From NCBI GenBank assembly GCA_030390025.1, contig CM059452.1, positions 9,114,001 through 9,178,000 on the forward strand: a stretch of DNA of 64,000 nucleotides. The letters are read 5' to 3'. This DNA comes from Squalus acanthias (Eukaryota). Of the stretch, positions 1 to 12,062 are shown one piece after another; position 1 is the stretch's first letter; each line of letters begins with the position of its first letter. A program made the translations under genes and the position numbers. The notes under the pieces were generated by a model. The model saw only the letters and a list, made by a program, of their open reading frames with translations, did not search any database and was not told where the DNA came from.

Positions 1-268
1 ATTGTAAATTAGAAATAGAGCTTTCTCAGGGTAAACCTGAGACTGAGGACACCTCACTCACTGACATCACAGCTGAGGGAAATCTTTGCCGAAGTGCTGG
101 AATCCTGAACCGTGAGGAACCCTGAGTCAGCACTGACATCGGAAGGAAACACACACTGTGTGATTGGAAATTAGAAATATTTCTGTGCTTTTTACGAATT
201 CCAATAAAATTGCTGGCAGAGATCAGCGGTCAGAATGGTCTGGGACTTCTCGGGATTGTGTCTCTTAC

Positions 269-580
269 CCGGAGATCTGGAAATGTTTCGGCTTTGGGTG
301 ACCCCTTGATGAGAGACCTGGCAGGTATAGACCGAGCCAGCGAACCATTCCCCGGCGGGGAATGTCAGCCGACTGGTCGCCGAGAAGTTCCCGTTCACTT
401 CAAAGACGGGAGAGGTGACGAAGCCCGAATCCATGAGTTGTCCATTCTTCAGCCAATTCACGGTCATTGAGTTTGGACGGAAATCGATGATTGAACACAC
501 GGCGGTTGCAGACCTGCTGCTGATGATTTCTTCACTGGAACTCAGGGTGAGGATCACAGTTGGATGATGTACCACACGAT
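269..580 (-). CDS. IGHM: Immunoglobulin heavy chain constant exon CH2 (IgM-type, Cmu2)
   Basis: C1-set domain (D)[18 protein letters not shown]...VCSIIDFRP...WLKNG...SATSRLT...YTCQVSHQG...SRNISRSP with canonical C-W-C. Acceptor TTGCAG at 586-581, donor GTAAG at 268-264, 312 nt, phase 1/1. Closely resembles shark IgM CH2 as recalled. Confidence 0.93.
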
Positions 581-599
581 CTGCAAGAAAATACATTTT

Positions 600-2305
600 A
601 TTGGGATTATTTGTTGCAATCCAAACAATTAAGAATTGTAAAGTGTTTTTTTACATAGAATCTACAACACAGAAACAGGCCACTCGGCCCAACAGGTCGG
701 TGTTTATGCTCCACATGAGCCTCCTCTCTCCCTACTTCATCTCCCTCATCAACATAACCTTCTATTCATTTCTCCCTCCTGTACCTATCTAGATTCCCCT
801 GAAACACATCTATGCTGTTTGCCTCAACCACTCCATGTGGTAGCGAGTTCCACATTCTACCCACTCTCTGGGTAAAGAAGTTTCTCCTGAATTCCCTATT
901 GATTTATTAGTGATTATCTTATATTTATGGCCCCTAGTATCGGGCTCCTCCTCAAGCAGAAATATTGTCGCTATATCTAACCTTTCAACCCCCTTCATAA
1001 TTTTAAAGACCTCTATTCGGTCAACCCACAGACTTCTCTTTTCTAGAAAAAAGATCCCAAACCCGTTCAATCATTCCTGACAGTTACAATTTTTCTTTCT
1101 GGTATCGTCCTTGTAAATCTTTTTTGCACTTCTCCAGTGCCTCTGTATCATTCTTATAATATGGAGACCAGACCTGTACACAGTACACTAAGTGTGATAT
1201 GGAAACCAAAACTATAGGCAGTACACTCAGTGTTATATGGAGACCAGGCCTGTACACAGCAATCTTTGTGTGATATGGAGACCAGACCTCTACTCAGCAA
1301 TCTATGTGTGATATGGAGACCAGACCTCTACTCAGCAATCTTTGTGTGATATGGAGACCAGACCTCTACTCAGCAATCTATGTGTGATATGGAGACCAGA
1401 CCTGTACACAGTACTCTAAGTGTGATATGGAGACCAGACCTGTGCACAGTACTCTAAGTGTGATATGGATACCCGACCTGTGCACAGTGCTCTAAGTGTG
1501 ATATGGAGACCAGACCTGTGCACAGTGCTCTAAGTGTGATATGGATACCCGACCTGTGCACAGTGCTCTAAGTGTGATATGGAGACCAGACCTGTGCACA
1601 GCACTCTCAGTGTGATATGGAGACCAGACCTGTGCACAGTGCTCTAAGTGTGATATGGAGACCAGACCTGTGGACAGTGCTCTAAGTGTGATATGGAGAC
1701 CAGACCTGTGGACAGTGCTCTAAGTGTGATATGGAGACCAGACCTGTGGACAGTGCTCTAAGTGTGATATGGAGCCCAGACCTGTGCACAGTACTCTAAG
1801 TGTGATATGGAGATCAGACCTGTGCACAGCACTCTGTGTGATATGGAGACCAGACCTGTACACAGTGCTCTAAGTGTGATATGGAGACCAGACCTGTACA
1901 CAGTACTCTAAGTGTGATATGGAGACCAGACCTGTACACAGTGCTCTAAGTGTGATATGGAGACCAGACCTGTACACAGTGCTCTAAGTGTGATATGGAG
2001 ACCAGACCTGTACACAGTACTCTAAGTGTGATATGGAGACCAGACCTGTACACAGTACTCTAAGTGTGATATGGAGACCAGACCTGTGCACAGTACTCTA
2101 AGTGTGATATGGAGACCAGACCTGTGCACAGTGCTCTAAGTGTGATATGGAGACCAGACCTGTACACAGTACTCTAAGTGTGATATGGAGACCAGACCTG
2201 TACACAGTGCTCTAAGTGTGATATGGAGACCAGACCTGTACACAGTACTCTAAGTCTGGTCTAACCAAAGTTGTATAGAAGTTGAACATAACTTCTCTGC
2301 TTTTC
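600..2305 (-). mobile_element. CR1-clade LINE 3' fragment in the CH1-CH2 intron, interrupted by an internal minisatellite expansion
   Basis: Degenerate ORF2 C-terminus (DRIEVFKIMKG..., TRGHKYKI) and CR1-type 3' UTR near 650-700; LINE sequence resumes after the array at about 2256. Boundaries approximate. Confidence 0.75.
1160..2255. repeat. 38-bp tandem minisatellite, about 28-29 copies (GATATGGAGACCAGACCTGTACACAGTACTCTAAGTGT)
   Basis: Period read directly, e.g. units starting at 1861 and 1899. Confidence 0.95.
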
Positions 2306-2336
2306 ACAGTTTCCCCCTGTATCCCACAACACTAAC

Positions 2337-2636
2337 CTGGCATTTTGACGCTCCAGTCCGACCCACTTCGTCGAACCTGGCAGTAGATGGCGCTGCTCCC
2401 CACCTCTGACTCGGTGATGGTTAACTGGCTGCTCAGGGTGTAGGTTCCCTGCTTGTTGAACACTGACGGGTAGGTCTTCAATCCAGTGGTGATCGGCTCT
2501 TTATCTTTACTCCAGGAAAGGCTGGTGATTTCCGGGAAGTAGTCCATCGCCAAACAGCCGTACGTGACGGGGCCGCCGGTGTTGGGTTGTTCACAGGAGG
2601 AGAGCAGGGCGTAGAGGGTGGGAGGAGACTGTGTCG
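2337..2636 (-). CDS. IGHM: Immunoglobulin heavy chain constant exon CH1 (IgM-type, Cmu1)
   Basis: (A)[89 protein letters not shown]. Acceptor TTCCCAG ends at 2637, donor GTTAGT at 2336, 300 nt, phase 1/1. Retains the N-terminal Cys expected for light-chain linkage. Confidence 0.95.
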
Positions 2637-3084
2637 CTGGGAAAGAATGGCCAATTGAACAAGTTAGACTCTGTAATCCGTGCTTATAACATAACCAAAC
2701 AACTCGAAATGTGACTACAGGATGAACTAATTCCATCATTTGCCGATCAAAACCTAGATCAGCATTTGAGTTTCTGTGAGTTGTGAGACCCGACGTGAAA
2801 TGCCTTCATGTGACTCCAGTCTTGTACATAAGAAAAGTCAGGAGTCTGAAAGGGGCATTCTGTCCATGAGGCCCCTTTATACCGAGTGAATGCCGGAATA
2901 TTGTATCGTGGACTTCCTCCAGCTCTTGATCCCCTGTTATGGAACACTCCCCTCATTCCTCAACCACTTTCACATTAGATTCTTTCACATTCTGTCCACT
3001 GAGCTCCTCCCTACATCCTTTTGCTGTCAGCCTCTTATTATCAGCACAGAATCAGGCCATTCCATGATATCAAAGTGTCGTCAT

Positions 3085-3290
3085 CTCTCCATTGTAAGAT
3101 GCTGCCTTAAAACCTACCTCTTTGACCAAGCTTTTGGTCAACTGTCAGAGTAACTACCAACCATACTAAAGAATAAAATGATATCTCCTTATGTGGCTCG
3201 GTGTCAGATTGTATCTGCTGACGCTCCTGTGAATCGTCTTGGGACGTTTTACTACGTTAAAGGCGCTATATAAATGCAAGTTGTTGTTTT
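3085..3290 (+). mobile_element. L2-like LINE 3' end fragment
   Basis: LKTYLFDQAF-type ORF end followed by a 3' tail ...GGGACGTTTTACTACGTTAAAGGCGCTATATAAATGCAAG(TTG)n. Confidence 0.65.
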
Positions 3291-4429
3291 CAGGGGATAG
3301 ACTTGTTTGAATAGCGGTGGGATTAGTTCTCCTAATCACACAACTCCTACAGCTAGATCTACTAGTTGTATTACCTTTAAAACAAATCCCAGCATGTTTA
3401 TAGAGCATGACCAGAATTATAAAATAATACAACTTTACAGCACAGAAGGAGGCTATTCGGCCAATCACGCCTCTGAAAGATCTCTCCACCAATCCCGTGC
3501 ACCTTCCAATTCCCAATCTTCTCAACTGTGCAATTTTATCGAGCTATTATGGAGTCTGCATGCAGCCCTCTTTCTGATAGGACATCCCATGTCCAGCAGC
3601 CCCCTGTGTAGAAAAGTAGAATAATACCCTCTCCCTTCATTCTGTTGCTGCTGATTTTCAATCAGTGCCATTTACTCACCAACTCACCGACCCGGGGAAA
3701 TATGTTTCCCGAATCCCTTCATAAAACCCTTCATAATTCCAAACCCCTCTATCAGACCTCATCTAAATCTTCTTTGTTCCCATGACAATAAAGGACGTTT
3801 ACAATAAATGGTTGAAGTCTCCTTTAAAATGTGAGCGGAATAATTTAGCGCACAGATTTGAATAGGGAACTTTTGCACAGCCTGGTTTCTAAGATTCAAG
3901 CTTTAGATGAATCGGGATTGATTCGAGTCTCTCTCTTTCCTTCTCAGAATTGGAGGAAGAGCGATGCAGTGTGACTTGTGCTCTATCCCATTCTACTGAA
4001 TGGATGTCTCCTGACTTTCCTCCTCCCACTCACTCAATTAAATAATCCGAATTAATTACAATTCCCAAAGCCGGTTATATGGAACGATGCTCTTTAAATG
4101 CTCCATTTCATTTTCCAAATTACTTTCCAACCTCCCACCAGTGAGAACAGGCGCTGCTTTCTGGGTCGTTACAGTCACTTCTTGTTGCTGTTTGTACCGA
4201 ACATAATCTAAACATCGGGACAGGTTTCTTCTCTAAATATCTAATATTGGCAATCCTTAAACATTATAAATGGATTGGTTATCAGCGGGTTCTATGCAAG
4301 GAAGGACCAACAGTAACTAATGTGCTGACTGCTGATATGGGTAACTCTGCCTTCTGGTTTGTGCGGATAACTCAAACACCTGCGGCTTATTGGTCAGATA
4401 CTGAAAGCTCGGTCTACAGTGTGAAGTAA

Positions 4430-5590
4430 CAGAGAGGGTTGATGATGGTGTTGCAATAGATATTGTACACATAGCCTTTCAAATGGCATTTTATAAAGTA
4501 TCTCATAAAAGACTTATTCGGAAAATAGAAACACATTAAAGGATGGAGGTAACTTGGGTATGTAATTGGCTGAGGGAGAGGAGGCAGAGAGTAGTGGTGA
4601 ACGGATGTTTTTCTGACTGGCGAGAAGTATGCAGTGGGGTCCCCCTTGGGTCGGTATTAGGACCATTGCTTTTCCTGTTTTATATATAAATTACCTGGAC
4701 TTGTTTATAGGGAGTACAGTTTCCAAGTTCGCGAATGATGCAAAACTTGGCAACGCAGTAACTCGGGAGGAGGATATCAGCGGACTTCAGGAGGACAGAG
4801 ACAGACTGGTGAAATGGGCAGACATGTGGCTGATGCAATTTAATGCAGATAAGTGTGAAATGATGCACTTTGGGAGGAACAACAGGGAGAGACAGCATAA
4901 TCTAACTGGCACTATTTTGAGGGGGATGCAAGAGCAGGGGGACCTGGGGAGCTTATTCTCAAATCTGTGAAGATGGCAGGGCAAGTTGATCAGGTGGTTA
5001 CGGATGTGTGTGGGATACTTGCCATTGTCAAAGGAGCATTGAATACAAAAAAGGAGGAAGTCCTGCTAAACAATTACAAATCACTGGTTAGGCATCAGCC
5101 GGAGTAGTGTATACAATTCTGACACCACAATTTAGGAAGGATGACAAGGCCTTGGAGAGGGTACAGAGGAGGTTGACCAGGATGATACCACGGATGAGAG
5201 ACTTCAGCTATGTGGAGAGATTGGATAAGCTGGGATTGTTCCTTGGAGCAGAAAAGGTTAAGGGGAGACCTAATAGAGGTGTTCAAAATTGTGAGAGGTT
5301 TTGTCAGAGCAAGTCGGGAGAAACGGTTTCTTCTGGCGAGTATGTCGGTAACCAAAGGTCACAGATTTAAAATAATTGGCAAAATATCTAGAGGGGAAAT
5401 GAGGCTCATTTTTTCAAACAGAGGGTTGTTAATTTCTGGAATGCACGAGGCAACTGGACATGTTCTTGAAGAGGACTCAGTGGAGGGTTACGAGGAAAAA
5501 GCTGGGATTTGATTGGACAGCTCTTTCAGAGCCAGCACAGGCAAGACGGGCCGAATGGCCCCTTCTGTGCTCTGAGATTCTGTGATTCTA
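4430..5590 (+). mobile_element. Degenerate CR1 LINE (RT and C-terminal fragment) in the J-C intron
   Basis: Frameshifted fragments LYINYLD, SKFANDAKLG, FNADKCEMMHFG, ALERVQRR, RLRGDLIEVFKI, plus a CR1-type 3' tail near 5540-5590. Confidence 0.85.
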
Positions 5591-6339
5591 CACGGCTCAG
5601 CGGAATTAGTTCTTCCCGATTTAATGGAAGGAAACGCTTCATAATGTTGAACACCTCTATCAGATCTATTTTATTGTTTGTTATAATGCAAGAGGATGTT
5701 TAAAATAAAGGAACTGAGGAATTTGACACAAATGATTCAATCGGATACCGTCACAGAGTCTTAAAGCTTATTGTGAATGACGACTCATCGCAGGCTGACT
5801 GTTTCTCTTTAAATGTTTCACAGAGGTGCGGCTCAGTGACTGTGAGCCTTGTGCTGTGACCCAGTCCAATAGCTGCACCTCACCCGAGTTTGTCCCTGCC
5901 TGTTACCTTTTTAAAAAACAATTGAACGAAATAATGCTTTCAAACATAAGGTTCCCAACATGGTTATTTGGAGCGGGAGTCTCGACATTCTCCATTTAAA
6001 TTCTCAAAATAACTCCCAGCCTCCCATCAGATCAGAACAGGCGCTGCTTTCTGGAGCGTTACCGTCACTTCCTGAAACTGTTTGTTCTGAAAGTGAGCTC
6101 AGGATCAGGCCAATCTCATTCAATCATTATCTGATACTCAAAATGTTTAAAGTTTATCAATTCATTAAAAATTGGGCAGTTTTATTTGCAATAAGGTTAA
6201 ACTCAATTAATGCGCGGTTGTTTCATCGGAGCAATGGAAAGTTTTATTTTTATATATCTGGCTCGGAAACTCACACTTTATTAGTTGGATGCACATTAAG
6301 GTTCCTTGAACAACACGGGACAAAGCACTCACAGATCTG

Positions 6340-7445
6340 TTACAGTACAGATACAGAGTAAAGCTCCCTCTGCACTGCCCTGCCATACGCTGTACCCTCA
6401 GGTATAGGAAGGGATTGATTCCGAGCAACACCAAGTCTCCACAGCACTGTCAAACACTCCGGGTAAGGCACCGCACTGGTTAAATACAGAGTAAAGCTCC
6501 AACTACATTGCACAATCAAACACTCCCAGGGCAGGTACAACATGGGCATGATACAGAGTAAATTCTCCCTCTACACTGAACCATCAAAGATTCACGGGGC
6601 ATAACAGCACGGGTTAGATACAGAGTAAAGCTCCCTCTACACTGTCCCATAAAACACTCCCAGGGCAGCTACAGCACGGGTTAGATACAGAGTAAAGCTC
6701 CCTCTACACTGTCCCATTAAACAATCCCAGGACAGGTACAGCGCAGGTTAGATACAGAGTAAAGCTCCCTCTACACTGTCCCATCAAACACTCCCAGGAC
6801 AGGTACAGCACAGGTTAGATACAGAGTAAAGCTCCCTCTACACTGACCCATCAAACACTCCCAGGGCAGGTACGGCACGGGTTAGAAACTGATTAAAGCT
6901 CCTTCTACACTGTCACATCAAACACTCCCAGGGCAGGTACAGCACGGGTTAGATACAGAGTAAAGCTCCCTCTACACTGTCCCATCAAACACTCCCAGGA
7001 CAGGTACAGCACGGGTTAGATACAGAGTAAAGCTCCCTCTAAACTGTCCCATCAAACACTCCCAGGGCAGGTACAGCACGGATTAGATGCAGAGTAAAGC
7101 TCCCTCTACACTGTCCCATCAAGCACTCCCAGGACAGGTACAGCACGGGTTAGATACAGAGTAAAGCTCCCTCTACACTGTCCCATCAAACACTCCCAGG
7201 GCAGGTACAGCACGGGTTAGATACAGAGTAAAGCTCCCTCTACACTGTCCCATCAAACACTCCCAGGGCAGGTACAGCACGGGTTAGATACAGAGTAAAG
7301 CTCCCTCTACACTGTCCCATCAAACACTCCCAGGGCAGGTACAGCACGGGTTAGATGCAGAGTAAAGCTCCCTCTACACTGTCCAATCAAACACTCCCAG
7401 GGCAGGTACGGCACGGGTTAGAAACTGATTAAAGCTCCTTCTACA
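6340..7445. repeat. 67-bp satellite array (about 16 units) inside the IgH J-C intron
   Basis: Unit GGTTAGATACAGAGTAAAGCTCCCTCTACACTGTCCCATCAAACACTCCCAGGGCAGGTACAGCACG; period 67 (7141 to 7208). Confidence 0.95.
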
Positions 7446-9609
7446 GTCTGCCAGACGTGTTTCTGAAATGCTCCTTCTGAATGTCACAAACTGGGTTACT
7501 GAGTCCAGTTCGGAGGCGCCTCCTCAAACTTAAAGTCAAACTATCGCATTTCTCACAGATACAAGCTTCTGAAATAAGTGAGTCGAATTGTACTCCATGA
7601 AACACAAGAGAACAAACCAGCAGGTTTACAACCAGTCAGGAGGACTCCTGATTCTCACACAGTGAGCAGGCGCACAGAAACAGAACAGACACAAACGGTG
7701 CAACAATCGTGCTCTCAGCAGATAGATCTCTTCAATCTGTCAATTTCAATGAAGCTGATTTCTAATTGATCTCTTGTCAATTTCCGACCACCTCAAGTCT
7801 GCACGTTTTTTGAAATTAAACTGATATTAATTTGAAAAACTCTCTTCGACTTCCAACCATTTCTCCCTCCCTGTCTACAATCTTACAAACAAATAAGATT
7901 TAGCTTCCCTGAAAACAAGTTTACTGAAATAATTCACATTCCAGGGTAATTTGCTGCATATAACAGGGACTCCGTGACAGAGTAAGAATTTAATGAACTA
8001 GGAACCACTGGTTTAATATAATTTCATAATTAAATATAACCGGTAAAATCATCGATACAAAACACGAAGTTAATTCATTAAAATCTGCGGCGACACCTTC
8101 TCGAGCTGAGCACAGCTGAGTAAGACATGTATTGTTTCTAAATTAATTTTAGACATAATTTAAAATTCTCTCCAACACTTGAGATTTTACAGTAACTGTA
8201 ATCCTGTCCAGTATAGAACGCAATTGTGGGAGGTCATTTATGTTTAATTAATTCGCACTCACGTTATATTCTAAGTTAATATTGATGTTAGCTGCATTAT
8301 ATTAAAATTAGTTGATATTAATTTTAATCCTGTTTCTGCCTGGTAACTTTTGAACTTATAGGGTTTCAATTAAATTAACATGACACTTATCAATATTAAA
8401 ATATTAAAAATCATATTAATAGATAAAGACATTCAGACAAATATATTACTTTTACTTAAATCAAATCACATTTGAATAGTTTAAAATGGTCACGAACTTC
8501 TAATACATTCCCGCTCTCTATCTACACACTTGTAAACTCTGCATGTTTCTGAACTCTCTGATACAACATAAACTCCATCTTTTCTCATAGTGGATTTCAC
8601 ATGATGGATTTAGGAGTGGACTATTTTAAATACTTCAAAGTCTGGCCGTGGTCACATCTCACTAACTACTGATGGACTGTGACACCATGTGTTTACTAAA
8701 GCAGGGTCTCGAGTTTAAACATTGTCCTCAATCTTAACTATAAATACTATTTTCGTGAATTAAAAGACAACCGGCCAGTTTGCAGTCAGTAACAGAGACT
8801 CCGCTATTTAATAACACAAACAATCTTTTTATACTTTACTCCCGTAATTCACACAATGCCCGTAAATTAATTATTAAATATATTCTGCTATTTATTGAAA
8901 ATCAGTTCCAGAATGATCAATGTAAAACTGGCGGAGAACAAATCAATCAGACCATCTGCGACACTGAAATTTAATGAGCAGATGGAGGAGAGATTTTGTT
9001 GATCAATTTAACATTAATGAGAATTAAACATAACTCTCAGATGTAATCTGTTCACTGTCTATAATTCTATCCCGTATACAGCACAGCTATGGGAGACAGG
9101 ATGTTGTTATTAAATTCAAAACTAATATTAACCTTTTGTAATTTAATTAATCTGCTTGAATGTCAATGGGTTATTTGTCTGTCTCCAGCCTTACGCAGTC
9201 TGCACCTTCCGTGAATTTAAATAGAATCATATGAACAATTCTTTGACTGCCAGCGACCGCTCAGCCTATGATCTTACAAACTGTTTAAGATTAGTTTAGT
9301 GATAATTGTCTCGCTATCAAACAACAAATAATATTGAAGGAATAACATGGTTTCCGCTGCACAGTAAGAATTTAATAACCCGGCAGATTTATTACATTTA
9401 CAAACTGCAATTTATACTCGCATTTAATGCATAATTAAATACAATCTGTCATTCATCTGTGTGAAACAGGGAGATAACAATTAATTTCAAACCCCTCATT
9501 AAACTGAACACTGCGGTGGAATCAGTCTGCTGTTATTAAAATAATTTCAGACATAATCAGAAATTGTCTCCAGCCTCTAAAATTCTCCGCTCAGGTTAAT
9601 TGTGACCAG

Positions 9610-10890
9610 TGCACAGCAGAATTGTGGAAGGCGAATAATGTTTAATACATTAATATTAATACTGCAACATATTTAGTGATATTGGGCAATATTACCGCAT
9701 TCTAATCGTTTGAGTTATATTAATTTAACTCTCCTTCAACCTGCAAATTGTTAATTATATAATTCGTAATTCAGTAACATTTCACCTATTAAATGTGAGC
9801 ACCGTAAACCATAGATTAACAGTTGAATCTGTAACTCTCACTTAAATAAAAACATGCATTAAATTATTTTTAAATGATTTTTGATTTATAAAACCTACTT
9901 GTTGTCTGCCTACAATCATCTTTCAAACAGTTTAAACAGATCAGAAAACCTGCAGCAGTTCGATGTCACCGAGATTAAACATTGCAGAAACTCCAAACAG
10001 TTTCACAAACTTTAGTTATTCAAAGTAACCCAGGCACACACTCTCCTCAGCAGATAAACAGCAAATCACATCACTGAGGGGCTGAATCCCGCAACAGAAC
10101 GTTTTGTGGAGAAGCAGCTTCATTCTATAAACCCTTTCAGCAGAATCAAATGTAACATTGCAAAAAAATCTCAATACAGAATCCAGCGAACCCATCTATC
10201 ACTGAACGAATTAATTATTGAAATAAACAAAAATATAAAATAATGACAGCAGAATTGTGAGTAGACGGATCATGGTTAATAAATTAATATTGATATAGCA
10301 TATTGTTGTAATATTGAGTGATATTACTACATATGATAATTTAATTTATATTAATTTAAATCTGATTCAGGCTACAAATTTGTTAATTATGTAGTTATAA
10401 ATTACAGTAACATTTCACATATTGAATATGACCGTTGGTGAACATTAGATTAATAGATGACAATGTAAATATCACAAATAAAAATACACTAAAATATCTT
10501 AAGATTATTTTTGACTGCTAAAGCTTTCTGTTTTCTGCCTACAATCTTATTTCAAACACATTTAGTCACATAATGTTTACATTTGATCAGAAAACCTACA
10601 ACCATTGGATGTCACCGAGATTAAACATTGTAGAAACTCCAAACAGTTCAACAACCGTTGGGTATTTAAAGTAACCCCGGCTCACAGTCTCATCAGCAGA
10701 TAAACACCAAATCACATCAATCAGGGGCTCAATCCCTCAACAACACGTTTTCTGAAGAAACTGTTTAAATCTCTTATCCCTTTGCAGCAGAATCAAATGA
10801 AACATTGCAAAAAATCTCAATACAGAATCCACCGAACCCAAGTTTCAGTGAATGAATGAATTATTGAAATAAACAGAAATATAAAATAAA
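9610..10890. repeat. Diverged AT-rich ~640-bp tandem duplication adjacent to JH, with an older related copy at about 7860-8480 matching 9260-9900
   Basis: Shared anchors GCAGAATTGTG (9616 and 10249), GATGTCACCGAGATTAAACATTG (about 9962 and 10609), AAAAAATCTCAATACAGAATCCA (about 10162 and 10809). Confidence 0.8.
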
Positions 10891-10932
10891 GGCACAAATA
10901 CAACAGTTGCTGAAAGAGTGAATGTTTCTTAC

Positions 10933-10980
10933 CTGCAGTCACCGTCACCATGGTGCCTTGTCCCCAGTAGTCCATGGCGT
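10933..10980 (-). CDS. IGHJ: IgH joining (JH) segment AMDYWGQGTMVTVTA
   Basis: WGxG motif; donor G|GTAAG at 10933/10932 in phase 1, splicing in frame to CH1 (G+CG = Ala). Confidence 0.96.
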
Positions 10981-11019
10981 CACAGTGTTACATTCCCCGG
11001 GCTGGGTCACACAATAACC
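10981..11019 (-). other. JH recombination signal sequence, 23-bp spacer
   Basis: On the + strand: CACAGTG (10981-10987), 23 nt, ACAATAACC (11011-11019). Confidence 0.93.
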
Positions 11020-11343
11020 GGCTCTGTGTAAAACAGACAGAAATCCAACATTAGTTTAAATATTCACATCCCAGAGACAAAGTAAAGTCACGATGGATCT
11101 TCATAAAATGATAAATGTGTCAATGGATACTTTTCACTCTTTATAAATTCCCTGATGTTTTATATTTCACAGAGTAACCCATGAACAGTTATTGAAAGCA
11201 CCAACTGATCAATGATTAATTATCACAGTTTATCCATGTTAAACTGTGCTAGTGGACAGTGCTGGACACAAATAGGACTTCACTGCATCTACAGTTGGAT
11301 TGTGAAAGCGACACTGACCCAGACTCACTCAATTAGTGCTGAG

Positions 11344-11412
11344 GGTTTTTGTATTGACAGTAACTGCTGTGCCACCCAGTGTACCACAGTGAGACACGCC
11401 GTGCCAAATACT
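11344..11412 (-). other. DH2 segment (coding 11372-11384, GTACACTGGGTGG) flanked by 12/12 RSS
   Basis: On the + strand: GGTTTTTGT (11344-52), 12 nt, TGCTGTG (11365-71), core, CACAGTG (11385-91), 12 nt, CCAAATACT (11404-12). Confidence 0.93.
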
Positions 11413-11632
11413 CCGGCGGACTGTTAACTGTAAAATACAGAGATGAAATTCCACAGCGCTCTCAAAACCCTGATTCCGACTCCCCTAAGAGTGAATCAGT
11501 GAGATATTTCAGTTTGTGCTGGTCATTTTACAAAGCTATATTACTTCTACCCATTATTTGCATTCAAGCCTCATTTTCTTCGACGCTCCTGCCGTGGCAG
11601 TGATCGCAGGTGTGAGCAAACTCGCTGTCTGG

Positions 11633-11712
11633 GGTTTTTGTATGAGGAGCTCGCTCTGTACAGCACCGTGACCCCCTGTAGTACCACAGTGACAGGAACC
11701 CGCACAAATACT
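11633..11712 (-). other. DH1 segment (coding 11671-11684, GTACTACAGGGGGT) flanked by 12 (V side) and 22 (J side) RSS
   Basis: On the + strand: GGTTTTTGT (11633-41), 22 nt, CACCGTG (11664-70), core, CACAGTG (11685-91), 12 nt, ACAAATACT (11704-12). Confidence 0.93.
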
Positions 11713-12062
11713 GCACTCACTCTCTGATTAACGCTGTTAGAGATAAAATCGCTCAACCAATAAAAGCTTTTAGCAGATTTTGATTATAATCTATTCATGA
11801 ATTTTTCTCAGTAGGGCAGAATTGGACCAAAATTATGCCCATACATACAATATTAAAGCTTTCATTGAATCCTCGTTGCCAGTCCCGGGCACTGTAAACA
11901 GTCACCATGGATACAAACTTAGTTAATGTGTATTTTATTCTTAGCCAGTTTATTGCTGTAGCAAATACATCCTTCCCATCTCGGTTAAAACACACCTCTT
12001 GTTATATTTTACACCATTACTGACCTAGGATTCGATGGAAGTTGCTGCAATTGCTCTCGTTC

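Noticed and set aside
1-190. Possible CH3 exon at the window start
   Set aside because: No Ig-domain reading frame was found; it appears to be CH2-CH3 intron, with CH3 outside the window.
1160-2255. CRISPR-like appearance of regularly spaced repeats (also the 67-bp arrays)
   Set aside because: Units are head-to-tail with no unique spacers, there are no cas genes, and the context is vertebrate.
5832-5864. Minus-strand J-like reading LGHSTRLTVT in the J-C intron
   Set aside because: It lacks the F/W-G-x-G motif, has no upstream heptamer or nonamer, and has no downstream GT donor; probably chance.
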